The position numbers and the translations under genes are program-made. Below the pieces are notes generated by a model. It was not told where the DNA came from. It saw only the letters and a program-made list of their open reading frames with translations, and did not search any database. A stretch of 64,000 nucleotides of DNA from Halodesulfurarchaeum sp. (GTDB taxonomy: Archaea > Halobacteriota > Halobacteria > Halobacteriales > Halobacteriaceae): positions 33,652 to 97,651 of the forward strand of contig JBDGUI010000007.1 in assembly GCA_042216015.1 (NCBI GenBank), read 5' to 3'. Positions 58,954 through 64,000 of the stretch are shown here, piece by piece (the first letter of the stretch is position 1; every line of letters starts with the position of its first letter).

Positions 58954-59373
58954 ATGGCACTCGAAGAACGGGTGACTGCGACGGGCCACGAGAACGTCCT
59001 CGCCGAGCACTCGAGCACGTTCGAGGTGACGACGGAGGACTTCCTCACGAGGGCCGGTGATTGCATTCTCGCCATCGGGGCCGACCGGGCCCCTGCCGAC
59101 TTCGATGCGGCGTTCGTCGAGGCTGCCCAGGACCGCACGACCACCATCGCGGCCATCTTCGAGGCGGGCGATTCCACGGTCGAAATCCGGGGTCGTGGCG
59201 ACCCACAACTCACCTTCGAGAACGAGGTGAGCCTGGTGGGGCGTACGAGTGACTACGTCGACGACCGGACGATCATGGTCGAGGCGAACGCGGCGGCCGC
59301 CGACCTGGATCGCGAATTCGTGACGGCGCTGGGCCAGGGCGCCGAACTTTCGCTCACACTCCGGGTGGAGTGA
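58954..59373 (+). CDS. DUF371 family protein
   Basis: GHENV.AEH.STFEVT, GDCI, RTSDYVDDRT. Confidence 0.88.
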   Translation: MALEERVTATGHENVLAEHSSTFEVTTEDFLTRAGDCILAIGADRAPADFDAAFVEAAQDRTTTIAAIFEAGDSTVEIRGRGDPQLTFENEVSLVGRTSDYVDDRTIMVEANAAAADLDREFVTALGQGAELSLTLRVE

Positions 59374-59565
59374 CTGTAAAGCCGGGCCGATGTGCGGTCG
59401 CAAACTGGTCAGGGATACCGCCCCGATCCATCGAGACGACTCCGCCGACCCATCCAGACAACTCCACTGAACCAGCGAGATAATGCCGCCAGACAAACCA
59501 GACAACCCCGCTGACTCATCGGGACAACCGTCACGTTTGAACCCGAGCAGGTCGGAGTCAGTGCC

Positions 59566-60408
59566 ATGACCGATTCGGGCGAACCGGCACACAACATCGC
59601 CGGGGGAGAACCCCTCGATGAACGTGATGCCACCACCGAGTCTGGCAATGGAAGTGATGCCACCACCGAGTCTGGAGACCCAGTCACGAGGGCAGAGGCA
59701 GTCGTCGACCGGCTCGGTGAACTGTTCTGGCGGACCTCCTATGGTGGACAGCACGCCTTCGAGTCGCTGGTCCGGACGATTCTCTCACAGAACACGAGCG
59801 ACCAGGCCAGCCAACCCGTCCACGATGCCCTCGTGGATCGGTTCGGGCGCGGAGAGGTGGGACTCGCCGAATCTCTCGCCTCGGCCGAGCGAGCGGAGAT
59901 CGCCTCGGTCATCGAACCGGCCGGCCTCTACAATCAGAAGTCCGCGGTCATCCAGCGCGTCGCCGAGCACGTTCTCGATACCTACGGCAGTGCTGACTCC
60001 TTCGATCGATACGTCAGGGAGGAGGATGCCGTCGAGGTCCGTGACGCGCTTCTCGAACGCAAGGGCGTGGGACCGAAAACCGCCGACTGTGTCCTCCTGT
60101 TCGCCGGGGGAAGGGATGGCGTCTTCCCGGTCGATACCCACGTCCATCGCATCTACCGCCGGCTCGGCATTGCGCCGCCCGACGCCGACCACGAGGAGGT
60201 CAGGGAGGTGCTCGAGACCGAAGTCCCACCCGACAAATGCGGGTACGGTCACACCACGAGCATTCAATTCGGTCGAGAATACTGCACGGCCCGAGATCCG
60301 GCCTGTCTGGCCGGTTCGGATTCCTGCCCGCTTTTCGACCGCTGCGATCGGGTGGGGGTGGACCTGGAGTCAGGTGACGTCGTGGATCCGGCAGAAGCGG
60401 CCGATTGA
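59566..60408 (+). CDS. nth: Endonuclease III family DNA glycosylase
   Basis: ILSQNT, HhH GVGPKTA, VDTHVHR, C-terminal 4-Cys Fe-S motif; start uncertain. Confidence 0.88.
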   Translation: MTDSGEPAHNIAGGEPLDERDATTESGNGSDATTESGDPVTRAEAVVDRLGELFWRTSYGGQHAFESLVRTILSQNTSDQASQPVHDALVDRFGRGEVGLAESLASAERAEIASVIEPAGLYNQKSAVIQRVAEHVLDTYGSADSFDRYVREEDAVEVRDALLERKGVGPKTADCVLLFAGGRDGVFPVDTHVHRIYRRLGIAPPDADHEEVREVLETEVPPDKCGYGHTTSIQFGREYCTARDPACLAGSDSCPLFDRCDRVGVDLESGDVVDPAEAAD

Positions 60409-60437
60409 GCGGGATCGATCCGGTCGAAGCGCTTTCG

Positions 60438-62354
60438 CTACACGAACCGGAACGTTTCGAGGTTCTTGGGTGCGAACGTCCGGATGTCGTACTTGTGGTA
60501 CAGCGCGGAGGAAAGCTCCTGGGTCGAGCGTTCGTCCCCGTGCACACAGAGGATCTTCTCCGGACGTGGATTCATGGTCTTCACGAAGTCCTCGAGCCCC
60601 TGCCGGTCGGAGTGGCCGGAGAACCCGTCGACGGTCTCGACGTCGATGTCCAGGCTCACGCGCTCGCTCCGGCCACCACCCTTCGAGAGTGGCACCTCGT
60701 CCCAGCCGCTCTGGATCCGGCGCCCGAGGGTTCCCTGAGCCTGGTAGCCCACGAAGACCATCGTCGAATCCCGATCCGGCCCGAGATGCTCGAGCCAGGA
60801 CATGATCGGGCCGCCGGTGACCATCCCCGAGGTCGAGAGGACGATCGCCGGGTCGCCGTTGGTGATTTCCCGTCGCTCGTCCTCCCCACCGTCGACCTGG
60901 TTGAACTGTTCGGCGAGGAACGGATTCGCGTCGTCGTGAAAGATCCGGTCCCGAAGGTCGTCCCGGAGGTACTCGGGATAGGTCGTGTGGATCGCCGTGG
61001 CCTCCCAGATCATGCCATCGAGGTGGATCGGGACCTCCGGAATCTCCCCGGACCGCATCGCCTCCTCGAGAACCAGCATGATCTCCTGAGACCGGCCGAC
61101 GGCAAAAGCGGGAATGAGCACCTTGCCCCCTTCGTCGATCGTCTCATTGACGAGCCGCTTGAGGTTCTCTTCGGCATCCGCCTGGTCGGTCTGGTAGTCG
61201 TTTCGACCGCCATAGGTCGACTCCATGACCAGGGTCTCGACGCGCGGGAAGTCGTTGACGGCGCCGTTGAACAGTCGGGTGTCCTCGTAGTGAATGTCCC
61301 CCGAGAAGGCGACATTGTAGAGACCATCGCCGACGTGGAAGTGGGCGACCGAGGATCCGAGGATGTGTCCGGCGTTGTGAAGGGTGAGTTTGATGTCCGG
61401 CGCGATGTCGGTCACGTCACCGTATTCGAGCGGGATCGTGTGTTTGATCGCCTCCCTGACCATCTCTGACTCGTATGGCGGCGTTCGTCCCTCCTTTGCG
61501 GCCACATCCAAATAATCCAGGGTTAGAAGGCCCATGAGGTCCCGCGTCGGCTCCGTGGTGTAGATCGGACCATCGTAGCCGTACTTGAAGAGCAGCGGGA
61601 CCAGCGCGGAGTGGTCGAGGTGTGCGTGGGTCAGGACGACGGCGTCGATGTTCGTGGGTCCGGCCCCGAGCGCTTCGGGAACTTGCAGGTAGGGAACTTC
61701 GTCAGATCCGGGCTTATCGCCCGCGTCGACGAGGATGCGGGTTTCCGGTGTCGAGAGAATGAATGCCGCCCGGCCGACCTCCCTGGAACACCCGAGGGTC
61801 GTGATGCGAACCCACTCCTCGTCGGCCATCTTCTCGCGGTGGATCTGGCGTCCGACCCGCTCGAGGATGTCACGGCGCTCCTCCCGCTCCTGTTTGAGGA
61901 AGTTCCGGACGTTCGAGACCGTCGAGGACTCGATGGGTGGGGTGCGGACGACCTCAGGGGTCCACCCCGACTCCTTGGCAATCTCCCGGAGCGTGCTTCC
62001 ATGCCTGCCGATCACGAGGCCCGGTTTCGCCGCCTCGATGACGACCTCGCCGGTGTCCCTGTGGAAGTCCAGGTCCGTGACCCCCGCGTCCTCGGGGATG
62101 ACGGACAGAATGTCCTCCCGGGCCGCTTCGGGACGTGAAAGCACGGCTGGATCGGGTCGGACGGTGATGCGTTTTCGGAGCTGGCTTGCGAGGTCCCGAA
62201 TGAGGTCCCCGTTTCGGGCGAACCGCTTTGGATCTCGCGTGTAGACGACCAGTTCCGGGCCCTCGTATTTCACCTCGGTAACTGAGATGTCGTCGGGGAC
62301 GGATTCGGTGATCGTCTCCTGAAGGTCTTCGAGTTGCCGGTCTACAGCACTCAT
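60438..62354 (-). CDS. fttA: Beta-CASP ribonuclease aCPSF1 / termination factor FttA
   Basis: KH domains, THAHLDH, AGHILGS, MESTYG, FSGHSD, HGD. Confidence 0.95.
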   Translation of the reverse strand: MSAVDRQLEDLQETITESVPDDISVTEVKYEGPELVVYTRDPKRFARNGDLIRDLASQLRKRITVRPDPAVLSRPEAAREDILSVIPEDAGVTDLDFHRDTGEVVIEAAKPGLVIGRHGSTLREIAKESGWTPEVVRTPPIESSTVSNVRNFLKQEREERRDILERVGRQIHREKMADEEWVRITTLGCSREVGRAAFILSTPETRILVDAGDKPGSDEVPYLQVPEALGAGPTNIDAVVLTHAHLDHSALVPLLFKYGYDGPIYTTEPTRDLMGLLTLDYLDVAAKEGRTPPYESEMVREAIKHTIPLEYGDVTDIAPDIKLTLHNAGHILGSSVAHFHVGDGLYNVAFSGDIHYEDTRLFNGAVNDFPRVETLVMESTYGGRNDYQTDQADAEENLKRLVNETIDEGGKVLIPAFAVGRSQEIMLVLEEAMRSGEIPEVPIHLDGMIWEATAIHTTYPEYLRDDLRDRIFHDDANPFLAEQFNQVDGGEDERREITNGDPAIVLSTSGMVTGGPIMSWLEHLGPDRDSTMVFVGYQAQGTLGRRIQSGWDEVPLSKGGGRSERVSLDIDVETVDGFSGHSDRQGLEDFVKTMNPRPEKILCVHGDERSTQELSSALYHKYDIRTFAPKNLETFRFV

Positions 62355-62876
62355 AGTCGAATAGGACGGATTCGGTGTTCGGTCATAGCATCAGTGACAG
62401 GGTTCCGATCGTCGGTCCAGCGCCCGGTCCATGTGGTGTCGGAAAGAACACAGACCAAGGCCGTGGCGGGTTATCGACCGGAAGCACCCGCGTTATCGGC
62501 GTATTGTCGGTCCCTGATATAAAAGTCTTCCCAACGAGCCCCCGGTTCAGGCCATCGAGGCCACCCAGGCGATGTACACGAGCCATTCGAGATGGGGCGA
62601 CAATGCCCAGCTCCTCGACCCTCCCCTCGTCCGTGAAGTCGAGATTCTGGGGCTAAGAACGGATCCCACCGCGATCTCCGCCGGGTCCCGTGTAGGCACA
62701 TGGATCGCGGTTGGGACGACCGAGACATGAATCCTCCTCGAACTGGCGAGCGTGGCGAGTCATTTACCGAAGGAGATCACTCTCTCGCAGCCGAAGACGG
62801 AGACCGGATACGTCGGACGATTTAAGTGCTTCATCGTTGCATACCTGGGTATGAAACACACGTGGAGGGGGTGCCC

Positions 62877-64000
62877 GTGAACGAGGAATCCGTCGTGGTC
62901 CGAAACGGGGTCACAGTGCGGAAGTCCTTTTCCGCCGATGACTTTCCCGTCCCAGCCGTGACCTTCGAGGTGGCCTCCACGCGGGAGGAGCCGGTCGATC
63001 TTCGAATCACGGACACCATTCCGGAGGGGTTCGGGGTCGAACAGATCGGGTTTCATCCCGACTACGGGAGCGAGCACTGGACGGCGACCGGCGACGGCGG
63101 CGTCCGGTTCGAGCGGTCAGTCGATCCGGGGGAGGAATTCACCACCGTGTACGGCGTCAGGATGCGTGCGGAGGACCAACCCGGCGTCTTCCTCGAAGAG
63201 CCGGACGTCGAGGTGGATCCGACGGAAGCGGCCGAAACCGCTGAGGTGGTTCCCGAGGAGAGCTCATCGGTGGTTCGAGAATTGGCCCGTGGGGAACGCG
63301 AAACCGTGCCCGGTCTCGAAGGCGACGAAACGGACGCCGCCGGGCCGGAACCCGAGGCGACGGTGAGCGAACCCGGGGACGTCGCATCCGCGGGGGTACC
63401 CGATTCCGACACAGGCGCCGACACGGGGCCCGAGGGGGCGGCCGACGAAGGGGACGCTCTGGAGCAGCGCCTCGAGGACGCCGAATCCGACTCCGAGTCA
63501 GGTTCTGGGACCGAATCCGGGGAATCACCGGAGGGGGAATCACCCCCCGGTACCGAATCGGGCGCGGGATCGGACACCCAGTCGGCAGCAGAAACGATGA
63601 CCCCAATCCAAGAGGAATCACCGGACGAGCCCCGGGACGACACCGAAGCGGCGGAATCGGCGACGCGAAAATCGACCGAAACGAGGACTGGGGAATCGAC
63701 CGAAACGAGGACTGGGGAATCGACCGAAACGAGGACTGGGGAATCGGCCGAATCGACGACCGAGGCGGTCGACACGGACACCCAATCCCCGTCCGAGCAG
63801 ACTGCCGTCTCGCCGGAATCCACCACCGACCGATCCATGCACTCCGAGACCGACTCCATCGTCGCCGCATTTGCCGCAGAGATCGAGGCTGGAACCATCG
63901 ACGACGCGAATCTCGCGGTCATCCGGGAGGCCCTCGAGGAGGATCGCCCGAACCAGCAAGTCCGACTTGCACAGAGCGACCAGGTCCGACTCGAACACCT
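62877..64000 (+). CDS. Large acidic protein, runs off the window end
   Basis: GGAGGGG then GTG at 62877; globular N-terminus (DDFPVPAV...IGFHPDYGSEHW) then low-complexity acidic region; absent from the ORF track, consistent with no stop in the window. Confidence 0.78.
   Translation, partial: MNEESVVVRNGVTVRKSFSADDFPVPAVTFEVASTREEPVDLRITDTIPEGFGVEQIGFHPDYGSEHWTATGDGGVRFERSVDPGEEFTTVYGVRMRAEDQPGVFLEEPDVEVDPTEAAETAEVVPEESSSVVRELARGERETVPGLEGDETDAAGPEPEATVSEPGDVASAGVPDSDTGADTGPEGAADEGDALEQRLEDAESDSESGSGTESGESPEGESPPGTESGAGSDTQSAAETMTPIQEESPDEPRDDTEAAESATRKSTETRTGESTETRTGESTETRTGESAESTTEAVDTDTQSPSEQTAVSPESTTDRSMHSETDSIVAAFAAEIEAGTIDDANLAVIREALEEDRPNQQVRLAQSDQVRLEH
63670..63746. repeat. 24-bp tandem repeat, 3 copies (STETRTGE)
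   Basis: AATCGACCGAAACGAGGACTGGGG at 63670, 63694 and 63718. Confidence 0.92.

Noticed and set aside
62383..63077. Short ORFs between fttA and the final gene
   Set aside because: No motifs, Arg/Pro-rich non-acidic composition; likely divergent promoter DNA or antisense frames.

Overview
High-GC haloarchaeal (class Halobacteria) chromosomal DNA with acidic proteins; the species cannot be fixed from the sequence. Most of the window is housekeeping backbone: shikimate genes (DHQ synthase II, aroD, aroE), tfb, aglD-like glycosyltransferase, stomatin/NfeD, pyk, metG, mfnA, ppsA, mtnP, smc-scpA, gatB, topA, nreA, polX, rhomboid-endonuclease V, ArsA/Get3 ATPase, ftsZ-secE-spt5, dtdA, dph6, nth and aCPSF1/FttA. 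The notable exception is a ~6 kb accessory island between gatB and topA (~26.7-32.6 kb) with no integrase or transposase. Four related palindromes (11-bp arms, consensus GTGCTGAATAC; 7-bp spacer in three, 5-bp in one) divide it into two modules. Module A is a three-gene cell-surface/transmembrane-HTH unit. Module B is a fluoride riboswitch preceding two crcB/Fluc genes, plus a Usp gene. Other observations: a chain of ATGA-coupled mini-ORFs leading into a Na+/Ca2+ antiporter, three small genes under 60 aa missing from the ORF track, and an RNase Z-exosite-like tail on DtdA. I saw no rRNA, tRNA, CRISPR array or IS element. All family assignments come from motif recognition by eye, not database searches.
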